From Deltaproteobacteria bacterium (GTDB lineage: Bacteria > Desulfobacterota > Desulfobacteria > Desulfobacterales > JAFDMD01): 64,000 nt of DNA. Below, one piece after another: positions 21,768-32,705 of this stretch (positions are counted from its first letter, which is position 1; every line of letters starts with the position of its first letter). The notes below the pieces were generated by a model, which saw nothing but the letters and a program-made list of their open reading frames with translations, ran no database searches and was not told the origin of the DNA. The position numbers and the translations under genes were made by a program. Location of the stretch: contig JAFDMF010000011.1 of assembly GCA_019306065.1 (NCBI GenBank), forward strand, positions 6,311 to 70,310, given 5' to 3'.

Positions 21768-22232
21768 CTATATTCTATCTTTAAGCCGTTTTTCTCTGCG
21801 CATTACAGCCTCTTTATTTCGTCTTTTGTCTTCTTCGGTTTCTAATATCAGCGGCAGAACCAAAGTAGGTTTTCCCTCTCTGTCTAAAGCTACAAAAGTA
21901 ATATATGCAGAGGCGGTATGTCTTACCTCTCCCGTCATATAATCTTCGGCTTCCACTCTTGCGCCTACCTCTATAGATGTGCGTCCCACAAAATTGACCG
22001 ACGCCTTTATTCTTAAAAGATCAAACACATATACAGGTTTATAAAAAACTATTTTATCAATGGAAGCGGTAACGCAGCCTCTGCCTGCATGTCTTATTGC
22101 GGCAATTCCGGCGGTGTTATCTATAAGTTTCATTATTGTTCCGCCGTGAACATTTCCAGCCATATTCGCGTCCTGCTGGGTCATCTGCTGAACGGTTATC
22201 ATACCGCTTTCGGATACTTTTTTTGCTTCCAT
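21768..22232 (-). CDS. Acyl-CoA thioesterase (hotdog fold, YciA-like)
   Basis: 154 aa. NMAGNVHGGTIMKLIDN...A is typical of hotdog thioesterases. Confidence 0.75.
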   Translation of the reverse strand: MEAKKVSESGMITVQQMTQQDANMAGNVHGGTIMKLIDNTAGIAAIRHAGRGCVTASIDKIVFYKPVYVFDLLRIKASVNFVGRTSIEVGARVEAEDYMTGEVRHTASAYITFVALDREGKPTLVLPLILETEEDKRRNKEAVMRREKRLKDRI

Positions 22233-22267
22233 AGCGCTATATTTCCTCTGTTTATATTTTAATTAAA

Positions 22268-22402
22268 AGATTTCTCCTCACTTCGTTCGTCGAAATGGCA
22301 AGCTAAAAATAACATGGCAGAAATAAAAAGCCTGTCTTGTCGAGCAAAGCAAGAAATCCCTTTATTATTTTCATAATCATTCTTTTTTGTGTTTAACTAT
22401 TT
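22268..22402. repeat. MITE-like inverted-repeat element, full copy
   Basis: gatttctcctcacttcgttcgtcgaaatggca, a roughly 35-nt spacer, then cctgtcttgtcgagcaaagcaagaaatccc, followed by tttattattttcataatcattcttttttgtgtt. The arms are approximate reverse complements. Confidence 0.75.
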
Positions 22403-22443
22403 TTAATAATGGATGTTTCCTTTATTGACAATTAAGATACAAA

Positions 22444-23337
22444 TCATAATTCTATTACGCGCCCGGTATAAAGTTTTTTTATCCGACCTTTTAAAATTTG
22501 GCTTAAAATTTCGTAAGCTTTATCTCCGGTGCAATGCCCTGTATAAATTTCGGAAATATTTTCTTTAAGCAAGCCTTCGCCTATAAACTCAATATCTTTT
22601 ACATCTCCGGCTATGTCGTTTTTGTAAGGGTTTATTTTAAGATGAAAGCCTCCTATTACGGCTTTTATAGATTCGTTTTTAAACTTTTTTACGGTTTCTA
22701 TCATATTTAATATTCCGTTATGACAACATCCGGAAAAAAGAACCAATCTATCTTTCTCTTTTATTACCAACATTATTTCATGAATAAAATCATCCTGTTC
22801 AAGCTCATTATCCTTTTTAACAAGTAAAAATTTATTTCCTGCGGCAAGCGGATATTTTTTGCAAATATCGGTAAGAATAAAAATATTATCATCTATTTGC
22901 GTAAATTTTTCAATAAATTCAATCCGTCTGCCGTATTTTTTTAATATTTTTTTATCAAGCCCTATATATTTTGAAAATTTTTTTGATTTATTAATAAAAG
23001 GGAAAGTAAAACTGTTTACAATAAAAGGAAGCTTTGCGCCTATATTGCCGTAATAATCTCCGAAAGCCTTTTTGTGTATATATAACCGCGCTTTGTTATT
23101 TATATTCATCACATCGGAAATACCGCCGCCATGATCATAATGACCGTGAGAAATAATAGCATAATCTATATATTCCGGGTTTATCCCCATTATTTCAGCA
23201 TTTTTTAAAAAATTATCGGAAGATCCGGTATCCATAAGTATTTTTTTATCTCCGGCTTCTATATAAAAAGAAAGTCCGAATTCTTCAATAAATTTATCCT
23301 CCTTTTTTGTATTTTCTATTAATACGGTTATTTTCAT
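22444..23337 (-). CDS. MBL-fold metallo-hydrolase
   Basis: 297 aa with the HGHYDHGGG metal-binding motif. Confidence 0.75.
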   Translation of the reverse strand: MKITVLIENTKKEDKFIEEFGLSFYIEAGDKKILMDTGSSDNFLKNAEIMGINPEYIDYAIISHGHYDHGGGISDVMNINNKARLYIHKKAFGDYYGNIGAKLPFIVNSFTFPFINKSKKFSKYIGLDKKILKKYGRRIEFIEKFTQIDDNIFILTDICKKYPLAAGNKFLLVKKDNELEQDDFIHEIMLVIKEKDRLVLFSGCCHNGILNMIETVKKFKNESIKAVIGGFHLKINPYKNDIAGDVKDIEFIGEGLLKENISEIYTGHCTGDKAYEILSQILKGRIKKLYTGRVIEL

Positions 23338-23592
23338 AATAGTATCCTTTTGATAAAATTTAATATTAGAATCAATTTTTTCTTATAATATGATTTTATT
23401 AATATTTGAATAAAAAAGATTGATTAATAAAAGTCGAATTGTTAAATTATTATAAAATATGATAATTTTTTTGTAAAATTACAAGCAGTTAAATTTAGCT
23501 TTTACAATTATTTAATAGCCTTTTATAAATTCGGATACAAAAAAAATAACCGAATAAATCATTACTAAAATTTTCTATAGAAATAGAGAAAA

Positions 23593-26500
23593 ATGATACC
23601 TTTTAACAAGCTTCTAAATAAACTCGGTTACGATACTTCGCAGTATTATAAAAATACGAATTCTTACCTTTCAGAACCTGAACCAGAATTTGCTCCGTTG
23701 ATTAGAAACGCTTATAATGCCGAGATCAAAGGTATCTATTTTTTTGAAACTACCTCTCAAAATAAAATATCCAAACCTAACCCCGCGGTTTATATAACGG
23801 AAGCAAATGATGTATTTCAAGCAAGTATTATTCATAAAAGAGTCTGGAATATCGGACAGGCTCCTTTTTTAATTGTCAATACTCCTCAAAAAATACTTAT
23901 TTATACAGGATTTAATTATTCCAAAAATATAGAAGAATGCTTATTAGATGAAATAATAAGGTTTAGCGATCTGAATAGATTACTGAGTAATTTTAAAGCC
24001 GATTTTATAAATGCGGGCTATATTTGGAAAAACAAATATGCAGAAAAAATTGACGTAGAAAAACGGGTTGATAAACGACTGCTTAAAAATCTGGAAGAGT
24101 TGGAAAAAATTTTAACAGGTGAAAAAGGTTTGGATAAAAAGGCATCTCATTCGTTAATAGGAAAATATATTTATTTAAAATATTTGCGAGGCAAAAAAAT
24201 TCTTACGGACGAATGGATACAAAAACAAGGCATAAAGCCGGATGAAGTTTTTGATATTAACGCTAAGTTAGATAGCTTTAAATCTCTTATTAAAGCTCTG
24301 GAACAAAAACTTAACGGTAAAATTTTTCCTATAGATTTTGATAATAAAAATATAAAAGAAAAGCATATAAAATTAATAGCAAGCGTATTTAAAGGAGAAC
24401 AGTTAAAAAATAAACAACTGCCTCTTTTTGATATATACGATTTCGAATATATTCCGATAGAAACTTTATCTTCAATTTACGAACAGTTTATTTCGGAAAA
24501 AAGTGAGAAAAAAGCGGAAAGGGGCGGTTTATACGCCGGAATTTCTTGCGGATTATGTAATTGGCGAAATGGAGATCGAAAAACCGCTTGAAACAGGTAT
24601 GAAGATTTTAGATCCGGCTTGCGGTTCAGGTATTTTTCTTGTTCTTATTTATAAAAGGCTGATCGAAAAAAAGATAAACAGTCTTAAAAGAGAATTAAGA
24701 TTTAACGAATTAAAAGAGATATTAGAACAAAGCATTTACGGAGTAGAAAAAGAAACAGGCGCCTGCTTTGTGGCGGAGTTTAGCCTAATTCTTACTATGC
24801 TTCATTATCTTGACCCGCGAGATTTAGAAAGTTTAAATTTTCGTTTTCCCGCATTACATAATTTCCGAATTTTTAATGCCGACTTTTTTAATATAAACGC
24901 CAAAAAAGCCGAAACAAATTTTTGGAAAAAAGGTTTGCAATTCGATTGGATTGCCGGAAATCCGCCATGGATTAATTTAAAAGGAGATGAAAGAAAGCTA
25001 AAGAATAAATTTATATATTCATGGATGGAAAAAAATAAAGAAGATATGCCTGTAGGAAATTATCAAACGGCGGAAGCTTTTAGCTGGATAGCAACCGATT
25101 TATTAAAAGATAACGGCATAACAGGGCTTGTTATGCCTGTTACAAGTCTTGTTAATTCAACGGCAAAAGATTACAGAAAAAAATTCTTTTCCGAAAACGA
25201 AGTTTTAAGAGTAGCTAATTTCGGAAATATAAAAACAATTTTTAAATCGGGCTTGTCTCCTGCTACAATTATTTACCGCAAAAACTCGGCAAACAAATAT
25301 AATCATAATATTTTGCATTATGGACCTTTTAGGATTAATCAACTTTTTAAAGCAAATAAAAAACCTTGGACAATTATAATAAATGAAAATGAAATTAAAG
25401 AGGTATCCGCTTATGAAGCCGAAAAAGGGGAAACATCTTTTTGGAAATTAGCTTTATGGGGAACATATCTTGATAAAAGAAATATAGAACGTATTGAATA
25501 CCTATTTCCATTATCTTTAGAAGAACTGGTAGAAAAAAATAATTAGCATTTTGAACGCTCTATTGAACTACAAGATAAAAATAAAGAATCGGAATATGAT
25601 CCAGAGCCTAAAGACAAACTAATAGGGTATAAAATACTTGACGCCAAATTGATGAACAAATCGTTATTATCTTTTTCGCTTGATGAAGAGACTGTTTTTA
25701 AAAATATAATAAACGAAAAAAATTTTGTATCCGAGAGCGCGGAGGAGAAGCGGAACTTAAAGTTATAAAAGCTCCTCATATAGTTTTATCTAACGGATGG
25801 GGCAAATATATTCTGTTTTCTGATATTGATTTTATTTTACCCGGAGGAAATATCGGCATTGCCGGAGAAAAAAAAGATGCGGATGCGTTACGCGCTCTTT
25901 GTCTTTTTCTTAATTCCGGAATTGTTTTATATTATCTGTTTTTTAATGCGGAGCAATGGGGAATTTTTAGGCAAGCAAAATCGGTTTCAAAAAAACAGAG
26001 AGGCAAAATTATAGCGCCAGATTTTACATCCGAACAGATAAAAAGGTTATCCGACCTATATAAAAAAATTGTTAAAACCGAGCGAAAAGAACTTTTCAAA
26101 ATAATTAAAAGCCGCAACAAGAAAAAAAATATTTTAGGAAATACATCTCAAAAACATAAATTTGATTTGTCATCAGACTTAACAAAGCAGGATAAAAAAT
26201 ATATCAAAGATATAAAATCCAAGCTTGCGGCTGAATTAAGACAAAAAATAGACAATAATATATTTTCGATATTAGAAATTCCAAGAGACATAAGGGTAGC
26301 GATAGAAGATTTTATTAAAACCAAACTTCCTTTGGACGCCTATTCTATTGAGGATATAAAAAAACTGGAACGGAAGCCGAATAATGAAGAATTAAAAGAG
26401 TATGCTTTGGAAATAAGAGACGAACTTGATGATTTTGTTATGGGTAAAACTTATCATAAAGTAGTTATAAACAAATCAAAAGAGCTTATAGAATGCGTTA

Positions 26501-26757
26501 TTGAAATTAATAAAAGCAAAAAGGTTATCTCCGTTGATATAAAAGAATGCAATTTTACTATTGAAAAATTATTTGCGGAAATAAAAAAAAATCTTAAAAT
26601 ACCTATAAACCAATCTGTATATATTCAAAAAGGGCTTCGTCTTTATGATGGTCCAACAGTATATATATATAAACTTCCCGCCTTAATTAACTGGACAAAA
26701 ACTCATGCTAAAATTGACGCCGGAGAAATAATAGGAAATGCTATATCCGTCAAATGA
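23593..26757 (+). pseudogene. Decayed type IIG/IIL-like DNA methyltransferase-endonuclease gene (gamma-class N6A MTase), broken into four or more frame pieces
   Basis: The collinear pieces are 23593-24591 (ends SSIYEQFISEK) and 24503-25546 (KGAVYTPEFLADYV; motif I ILDPACGSGIFLV; motif IV AGNPPWI). An in-frame TAG at 25544-25546 is followed by open frame to 25768, and a further frame is open from 25702 to 26757. The shifts coincide with A-runs at 24497-24513 and 25716-25722. Confidence 0.7.
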
Positions 26758-27431
26758 ATTCCATAAAACAAGATAAGCCAGATTTAACACATTTCGGCGT
26801 TTTTCCCGATAGTTTCCGAGAACATGTTCATATTCTTATAGCCGAAAGTTATTGTTTCTCGTTATCCAAAATAATTTCCGATAATGACAAAGAAACGGAC
26901 ATTACAGGATATATAGTAGAAGGTATAGAACAAAAATTTAGAAACAGAGAGGCTCCGAAATGGTGTTACGGATATGCGGTAAAAGAGGATAACCCGCAAA
27001 ACAAACAAGGATATAGGGGGTAAAAACAGACTCAAACCGGATATTATAATTGAAAAAACCACAATGATAGGGCGTCCCGAATATATATTTGAAGCAAAAA
27101 GACTTAAAATATCAGCTCATACGGCAGCATATATCGGCAAAAACGGAATGGAACGTTTTATTGACGGCAGATATGCCGAAAGATATGATGAAGCAGGCAT
27201 GATAGGATATATTCAAAGCGATTCTTTATCTGTATGGAAAAAAAAAATCAAAAAGCAATATATCAAAAAAAAGACAGGCTTAATTTAAAATCCGAACAAA
27301 AAAATATAAATATAATCAAAAAACTGCCTTATGAATGGAAAAGCGAACATAAACGAGGCAATAAACATAATATAGTAATTTTTCATATTCTTCTTGCATA
27401 TCTTAAAAAAGCGTCCGCAACTAATATTTAA
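26754..27431 (+). pseudogene. Decayed PD-(D/E)xK nuclease-fold gene, partner of the preceding methylase
   Basis: Three collinear pieces (26754-27023, 27064-27288, 27234-27431) are joined at a G5 run (27016-27020) and an A10 run (27238-27247). The reconstructed motif is KPDIIIE...EYIFEAKRL. Confidence 0.55.
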
Positions 27432-27447
27432 ACGAAATAAGAGATAA

Positions 27448-28101
27448 TTATAAAAAAGCAGACGAATAGCAAAGGGATTTATTATACAAATCTTCAAATA
27501 CTGCCGGCAGCCTACTATAAAAATCGGAAAGAAGCGGAAACATAATCTCGCGTATTTGAGGGTGCGCCGCTTTAGAGCATCTTAAATTTATTATATGCCT
27601 CCATTCCCTTAAATTACAAGTCATTACTATTTCGGTTTTTAAACTGTTCGGCAAAACGCTTCTTGCCTCTTCCGGACGCGCTCCCATACTTAAAAGTTCC
27701 ATATAAGCCTTTTCCGTCTGTTCCATAGCCCTTTTCCAAACGGCAAATTTTTTGGGATCCTTATTCCAAAAAAAAGGGCGGATAACAGTTATTTCGTTTC
27801 CGAATTTATCTTTGGAATAATTTGAATACCTTGTGCTTTCCTGACTATATGCGGCAAGTCTATGACGGACAAGCTCGTGAGTAACCCCTCTGTCGCATAC
27901 AAACCGAACCGAAATATTTGCATGCTCTATAACGCTGTGATGCCCGGATTTTAAAATCATCTTAACAAAACTCTCCGCAGAACCCGCAGTAATCTTATCT
28001 TCCGATTTGTAACAGGCGCGCCCCGCTTTTTCTACAAGCGAAAGAAGCTGGTCATTATTTTGCATAAAAAGTATCTCATAAGACGGCTCTATTATTTTCA
28101 T
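27448..28101 (-). CDS. thyX: FAD-dependent thymidylate synthase
   Basis: 217 aa with the ThyX signature RHRLAAYSQESTRY. Confidence 0.9.
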   Translation of the reverse strand: MKIIEPSYEILFMQNNDQLLSLVEKAGRACYKSEDKITAGSAESFVKMILKSGHHSVIEHANISVRFVCDRGVTHELVRHRLAAYSQESTRYSNYSKDKFGNEITVIRPFFWNKDPKKFAVWKRAMEQTEKAYMELLSMGARPEEARSVLPNSLKTEIVMTCNLREWRHIINLRCSKAAHPQIREIMFPLLSDFYSRLPAVFEDLYNKSLCYSSAFL

Positions 28102-28193
28102 AATATTCCTTTTGATTTTACTAAATTTTTTTGTTAATTTTAAAAATCTTTAAATATTACTAACATAGATTTTATATAAAAGGAATCTTAATT

Positions 28194-28802
28194 ATGCTAA
28201 TCTCCATAAATCCGAAAACCCCGCAGGAAAGGCTTATAAAAAAAGCCGTAGAAATATTAAAAGAAGGAGGCGTTATCGTATATCCTACAGATACAAATTA
28301 CGGCATAGGCTGCGATATAATGAATAAAAAAGCGATCGAAAATATATACAGATTAAAACAAAGAAGCAAATATAAACCTTTCAGCTTTATATGCTCCGAT
28401 CTTACCAACATAAGCAGATATGCAAAGGTAACCAATTATGCCTACAAAACAATGAAAAGACTGCTACCCGGCACATATACCTTTGTGCTTGAAGGCTCGC
28501 GCCTTGTTCCTAAAATAATGCTTACCAAACGGAAAACGGCAGGTATAAGAGTGCCGGATAATAATATATGTATCGCTTTAGTAAAAGATCTAGGAAATCC
28601 TATAATTTCAACCACCGCAAAAACAAGAGAAGGAGAACCGCTTATTAATCCCTCTTTGATAAACGACTATTTTAAATATAATATAGATATGGTTATAGAC
28701 GGAGGACCGATAAAAATGACGCCTTCAAGCGTTATCTCCTTAATAAATGACGAGCCGGAAGTAATCAGAGAAGGAGCGGGAGATGTTTCCATATTCCAAT
28801 AA
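28194..28802 (+). CDS. tsaC: L-threonylcarbamoyladenylate synthase (YrdC/TsaC/Sua5 family)
   Basis: 202 aa. YPTDTNYGIGC, AGIRVPD and ISTTA motifs are present. Confidence 0.85.
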   Translation: MLISINPKTPQERLIKKAVEILKEGGVIVYPTDTNYGIGCDIMNKKAIENIYRLKQRSKYKPFSFICSDLTNISRYAKVTNYAYKTMKRLLPGTYTFVLEGSRLVPKIMLTKRKTAGIRVPDNNICIALVKDLGNPIISTTAKTREGEPLINPSLINDYFKYNIDMVIDGGPIKMTPSSVISLINDEPEVIREGAGDVSIFQ

Positions 28803-29892
28803 CAGAGTAATAGCCGAGATAAATCTTAAAAATCTTCTTTTTAATTTCCGCTCGCTCAAAAAACAGGTAAAAAACGCGGATATTATACCGGTTATCAAAG
28901 CGGACGCTTACGGACACGGAGCGATTGCCGCCGCAAAAACCCTTATAAAAGAAAAAGTTAAACTTTTTGCCGTAGCATCTTTTCAAGAGGCTATGGAATT
29001 AAAAGACAGCGGCATAAATACCCCCATTCTTATATTAGGTTCCGTTTTTCCAAACAGGCTTAAAGATGCGGTAAAAGCTGGTTTGAAAATAACCGTATCC
29101 TGTTGCGAAGATCTTTTAATTCTTAAAAAAACCGCTTTAAAAACCAAAGCTTTTATTCATGTGAAAATTGATACAGGCATGGGTAGAAGAGGAATCTTTG
29201 CAAAGGAGGCGCCGGCTTTTTTTTCCGATTTTATAAACCTTTCAAACTGCGTATTAGAAGGGATTTATAGCCATTTTGCCACATCCGACACATTTAACGA
29301 TTACGCCGGTATTCAGCTTGAAAAATTTAACCGGCTTATTTTATTATTATTTAAAAAAGGTATAAAACCAAAAACCGTTCACATGGCAAACAGCGGCGCA
29401 ATACTTAACATACCCGAAAGCTATTTTGACGCTGTAAGACCTGGAATATCTTTATACGGGCATTATCCCTCTTCAAACTCCTTAAAACCTATTAAGCTTA
29501 AACAGGTTATGAGTTTAAAAAGCTATGTAGAACAGGTTAGAAAAATTCCGGCTGATTATTCCGTAAGCTATGGAAGAAGATGGATAAGTAAAAAAGAAAC
29601 CTCAATTGCAGTAATTTCTGCAGGATATGCAGACGGAGTTGATAGAAGGCTTACCAATAAAGGAAAAGCGCTTATAAAAGGCAAAAAATATCCGATTGTA
29701 GGAACAGTTACTATGGATTATATAATGGTAGATATAGGAGACGATCCGATATTTGTAGGAGATGAAGTTATAATATGGGGAGGCTGCAAAGATAACAGTA
29801 TAAAACTTTTGGATTTGGCGGAACAAATCAATACAATTCCGTATGAGCTGACCTGCGGAGTTTCCAAAAGAGTAAAACGGGTTTATATATGA
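28783..29892 (+). CDS. alr: Alanine racemase
   Basis: 369 aa. The PLP site VIKADAYGHG and C-terminal YGRRW...GYADG are present. It overlaps tsaC by 20 nt. Confidence 0.9.
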   Translation: MFPYSNNRVIAEINLKNLLFNFRSLKKQVKNADIIPVIKADAYGHGAIAAAKTLIKEKVKLFAVASFQEAMELKDSGINTPILILGSVFPNRLKDAVKAGLKITVSCCEDLLILKKTALKTKAFIHVKIDTGMGRRGIFAKEAPAFFSDFINLSNCVLEGIYSHFATSDTFNDYAGIQLEKFNRLILLLFKKGIKPKTVHMANSGAILNIPESYFDAVRPGISLYGHYPSSNSLKPIKLKQVMSLKSYVEQVRKIPADYSVSYGRRWISKKETSIAVISAGYADGVDRRLTNKGKALIKGKKYPIVGTVTMDYIMVDIGDDPIFVGDEVIIWGGCKDNSIKLLDLAEQINTIPYELTCGVSKRVKRVYI

Positions 29893-30626
29893 AAAGAAAT
29901 AATTTTATAACGGTTGACGTCGTCTGTTATGACAACGGAAAACAAGAAATTCTCACCCAAAATCTTATAAAAGAAGAGCCTCTTTTAATAGAAGCGGGCA
30001 GATTTTGCCAAACCATTACAAGAACTCCGGGCGATGATATTGCTTTTGCGGCAGGAGTCTGTTTTATGCAAAAAATTATCGAATTGCCGGAACAGATTTT
30101 ATCGGCAAAATTTTATTCAAACGCTCAACCGAATAAAGTAATTATTAAACTTTCGGAAAATCCGGATAAAAAAGAATATAATCCTTTAAATGTTAAAACA
30201 GATTTTAAAATCAGTATAAAAAACGCCAAAGAATGCGTTATAAAGCTTCGCAATTCTCAGATGCTTCATAATAAAACAGGAAGCGCTCATGCAGCAATGC
30301 TTTTTGATTATAAGCTTAATTCAATCGCTTTTGCAGAAGATGTAGGACGCCATAACGCCTTTGATAAAGCAATAGGCAAAGTTTTCATGGAAAAAAATCT
30401 TAACAAAGCGCCTATTGCGGCTGTCTCGTGCAGAATTAATTACGAGATGATAACCAAAGCAAAAAGAGCAAGTATTCCTATTATAATAGGACAAGGCAAA
30501 CCTACTTCAAAAGCGGTCAACACGGCTTTATCTTATAATATAAGCATAGCTTGGATGGGTAAAAAAGGCGATTTTTTTATATTTACAGGCAAAAATAGAT
30601 TTTTACCCGACAAGTTGTCGGATTGA
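29889..30626 (+). CDS. fdhD: Formate dehydrogenase accessory sulfurtransferase FdhD
   Basis: 245 aa with the EDVGRHNAFDKAIGK signature. Confidence 0.85.
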   Translation: MKRNNFITVDVVCYDNGKQEILTQNLIKEEPLLIEAGRFCQTITRTPGDDIAFAAGVCFMQKIIELPEQILSAKFYSNAQPNKVIIKLSENPDKKEYNPLNVKTDFKISIKNAKECVIKLRNSQMLHNKTGSAHAAMLFDYKLNSIAFAEDVGRHNAFDKAIGKVFMEKNLNKAPIAAVSCRINYEMITKAKRASIPIIIGQGKPTSKAVNTALSYNISIAWMGKKGDFFIFTGKNRFLPDKLSD

Positions 30627-30654
30627 AAGATTACTATGATAAGCTCCTTATTTT

Positions 30655-30700
30655 ACCTGTCATTTCAACGAGCGAAGCAAGGAGAAATTGCTTAATTTCC
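30655..30700. repeat. Solo arm of the MITE-like repeat
   Basis: cctgtcatttcaacgagcgaagcaaggagaaattgc matches the arms seen at 8466, 22268, 32958, 49575 and 55402. Confidence 0.6.
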
Positions 30701-30806
30701 GAACCGTGATTTACATAATTAAGACTAAAAGATTTAATTACAAAAAATAGTTATAATTAGGAGTAACAAAGGGTAAGAGAAAAAAAGAATCGGTTTTTAA
30801 GTTTTT

Positions 30807-30851
30807 CTTGACATTAAAAACAAGAATAAGATATTCTTTAAGAAATTCTTT
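30807..30851 (+). promoter_or_regulatory. Putative sigma70-type promoter with overlapping palindromic half-sites upstream of the TolC/peptide island
   Basis: ttgaca (30807-30812), 16 nt, then gatatt (30829-30834). The palindromes aagaat-N5-attctt and aagaa-a-ttctt overlap and follow the -10 element. Confidence 0.3.
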
Positions 30852-30872
30852 GTCTAAAAAGCGAGGAGCAAA

Positions 30873-32435
30873 ATGTTGAAAAAGTTCCTACTCAAATATT
30901 TTAGCCTGTTATTACTATTCTTTTTTTGCAATATATGTTCGGCTGCCGAACCTGCGCAAAACAACATATCCCTTATAGATGCCGTTCGCTTAACAATTAA
31001 AAACCAGCCTAATATAAAAATTCAAGAACAAGAAGTCGAAATAAAAAAAGGGGCTTTACAAACCGCAAAAGGCGAATTTGATACAGCCGTAAGCGCTTTT
31101 ATCGGCGCGGAACACAAAGAATTAACTTATCCTGCAAGCGAAAAAATAAAAGGAATTATAGAAAAATTAAAAACCGATACTACAACCTACGGAGTAAATT
31201 TAAATAAAAAACTTCGCGGCGGCGTTAAAATAGAGCCTCAATTAGACGTTACTTATACAAATTCTTCCACATCTCCCATTAATCAATACGAGCCTACAAA
31301 CATCGGGCGTATTAACTTTACAATAACGGTTCCTTTATTAAAAGGAAAAGGAAAAAAAGTTACAACCGCAACAGAAACCGCCGCCAAAAAAGAGTATGAG
31401 GCTTCTGTTTTGCAGCTGCGTCATAAAACATCCGAATATATTCTAAATACCGTTTCCACTTACTGGGAATATCTTGCAAGTTATAAAATACTTAAAAAAA
31501 GAAAAGAGGCGGAAAAAAATGCAAAGCGGTTAGTTGTAAATACCCAAAAACTTATTGCCGCAGATAAAAGTCCCGGATCCGATCTTGAGCAAATAGCGGC
31601 TAATTCGGAAGATAAAACAGCCGATAGAATAAATGCCGAACAATCCTTTTTTGAAGCAAAACAGAAATTAGGAATAGCGCTTGGCATTTCTTTTGAAAAA
31701 ATCAAACAACTGCCTTTGCCGTCCGATAATTTTTCTATTCCGCAAAAAAACAACATGATAGACTACGATAAAATATTTGAAAAAATTATAAAACAGGCAT
31801 TACAAAACCGAGCCGATTTTTTATCTGCAAAAAAACAGGAGGAAGCGGACAAAATTCTATTCGAAGCTTCAAAAAACAACCTTTTGCCGCAGATAGATTT
31901 AAAACTTAACGCCGGATACGAAGGGCTAAGCGAAAACGGCAATTATGCAGATACCCTCTCCGCTTTGCAAAATAATGTTGCAGGGCTAAACTATTCCGCT
32001 CTTTTAAATTATGAAATTCCGGTTGCAAATAACATTGCAAAAGGAATATTGTCTCAAAAAAAAGCTGCATATAATCAAAGCATAATTTCAAAAAAAGAAC
32101 TTGAAAGAAATATATGCTCTAACGTCATTACCGCATTATCCGATCTTAACAACGGCAAGCTATCTCTTATCAAATCCGAAAAAGCGGTTCTATTTTATAA
32201 AAAAGCCGTAAAAAACGAAGAAAATAAACTTATTATGGGAATCTCTACCATATTCGATTTAATCTCCATAGAAGATAAATTAATAAATTCAGCGCTTAAA
32301 GTAATATCTTCGGAACTTAAACTAAACAAAGCGTTGGCATATCTTCGTTTTGAAACAGGAAGCCTTATTTTAAACAAACAAAATTATGATTCTATAGGCA
32401 TTGAAGAATTAACTACAATTCCTTTTGTAAATTAA
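30873..32435 (+). CDS. TolC-family outer membrane efflux protein
   Basis: 520 aa with a signal peptide (LLLLFFFCNICSAAEP) and two-repeat coiled-coil/beta-barrel-type composition. Confidence 0.8.
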   Translation: MLKKFLLKYFSLLLLFFFCNICSAAEPAQNNISLIDAVRLTIKNQPNIKIQEQEVEIKKGALQTAKGEFDTAVSAFIGAEHKELTYPASEKIKGIIEKLKTDTTTYGVNLNKKLRGGVKIEPQLDVTYTNSSTSPINQYEPTNIGRINFTITVPLLKGKGKKVTTATETAAKKEYEASVLQLRHKTSEYILNTVSTYWEYLASYKILKKRKEAEKNAKRLVVNTQKLIAADKSPGSDLEQIAANSEDKTADRINAEQSFFEAKQKLGIALGISFEKIKQLPLPSDNFSIPQKNNMIDYDKIFEKIIKQALQNRADFLSAKKQEEADKILFEASKNNLLPQIDLKLNAGYEGLSENGNYADTLSALQNNVAGLNYSALLNYEIPVANNIAKGILSQKKAAYNQSIISKKELERNICSNVITALSDLNNGKLSLIKSEKAVLFYKKAVKNEENKLIMGISTIFDLISIEDKLINSALKVISSELKLNKALAYLRFETGSLILNKQNYDSIGIEELTTIPFVN

Positions 32436-32453
32436 AGGAGGTGGCGCTTATGA

Positions 32454-32529
32454 TTGTAACGGACTTTTAAACATCTTTTTATAATTTTATTTTAAAAAAC
32501 TTTTTTAAAAATTACTTGGAGGTAATAAT
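32454..32529 (+). promoter_or_regulatory. Conserved upstream segment of A-type precursor gene, copy 1 (near-identical to 33148-33224)
   Basis: ttgtaacggacttttaaacatctttttataattttattttaa...ttacttggaggtaataat contains a perfect tataat and a GGAGG SD. Confidence 0.5.
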
Positions 32530-32655
32530 ATGGACACATTAAATATTGAACAATACGGCGTTATGGAAATGGATACTGCCGAAATGCAAAAAACCAACGG
32601 CGGCATTTGTTGTATAATACTGGCGGCACTGGTGATATACCTGCTTACGAGATAG
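32530..32655 (+). CDS. Double-glycine-leader precursor peptide A1 (41 aa)
   Basis: MDTLNIEQYGVMEMDTAEMQKTNGG|ICCIILAALVIYLLTR. GGAGG lies 8 nt upstream. Not in the ORF track because it is under 60 aa. Confidence 0.6.
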   Translation: MDTLNIEQYGVMEMDTAEMQKTNGGICCIILAALVIYLLTR

Positions 32656-32705
32656 TGCCCGCTAACATAAACAAATCAGATAACAAATAAGGAGGCGATT
32701 GAACA

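Noticed and set aside
25544-25546. In-frame TAG in the type IIG-like gene as programmed read-through or recoding
   Set aside because: The same gene carries at least two frameshifts and its partner gene two more, so simple decay is the parsimonious reading.
25543-26120. Track ORFs 25543-25779 (-), 25826-26014 (+) and 25932-26120 (-)
   Set aside because: They lie within the decayed methylase gene. A different plus-strand frame gives continuous protein-like sequence (..KAPHIVLSNGWGKYILFSDIDFILPGGNIGIAGEKKDADALRALCLFLNSG..), so these are shadow ORFs.
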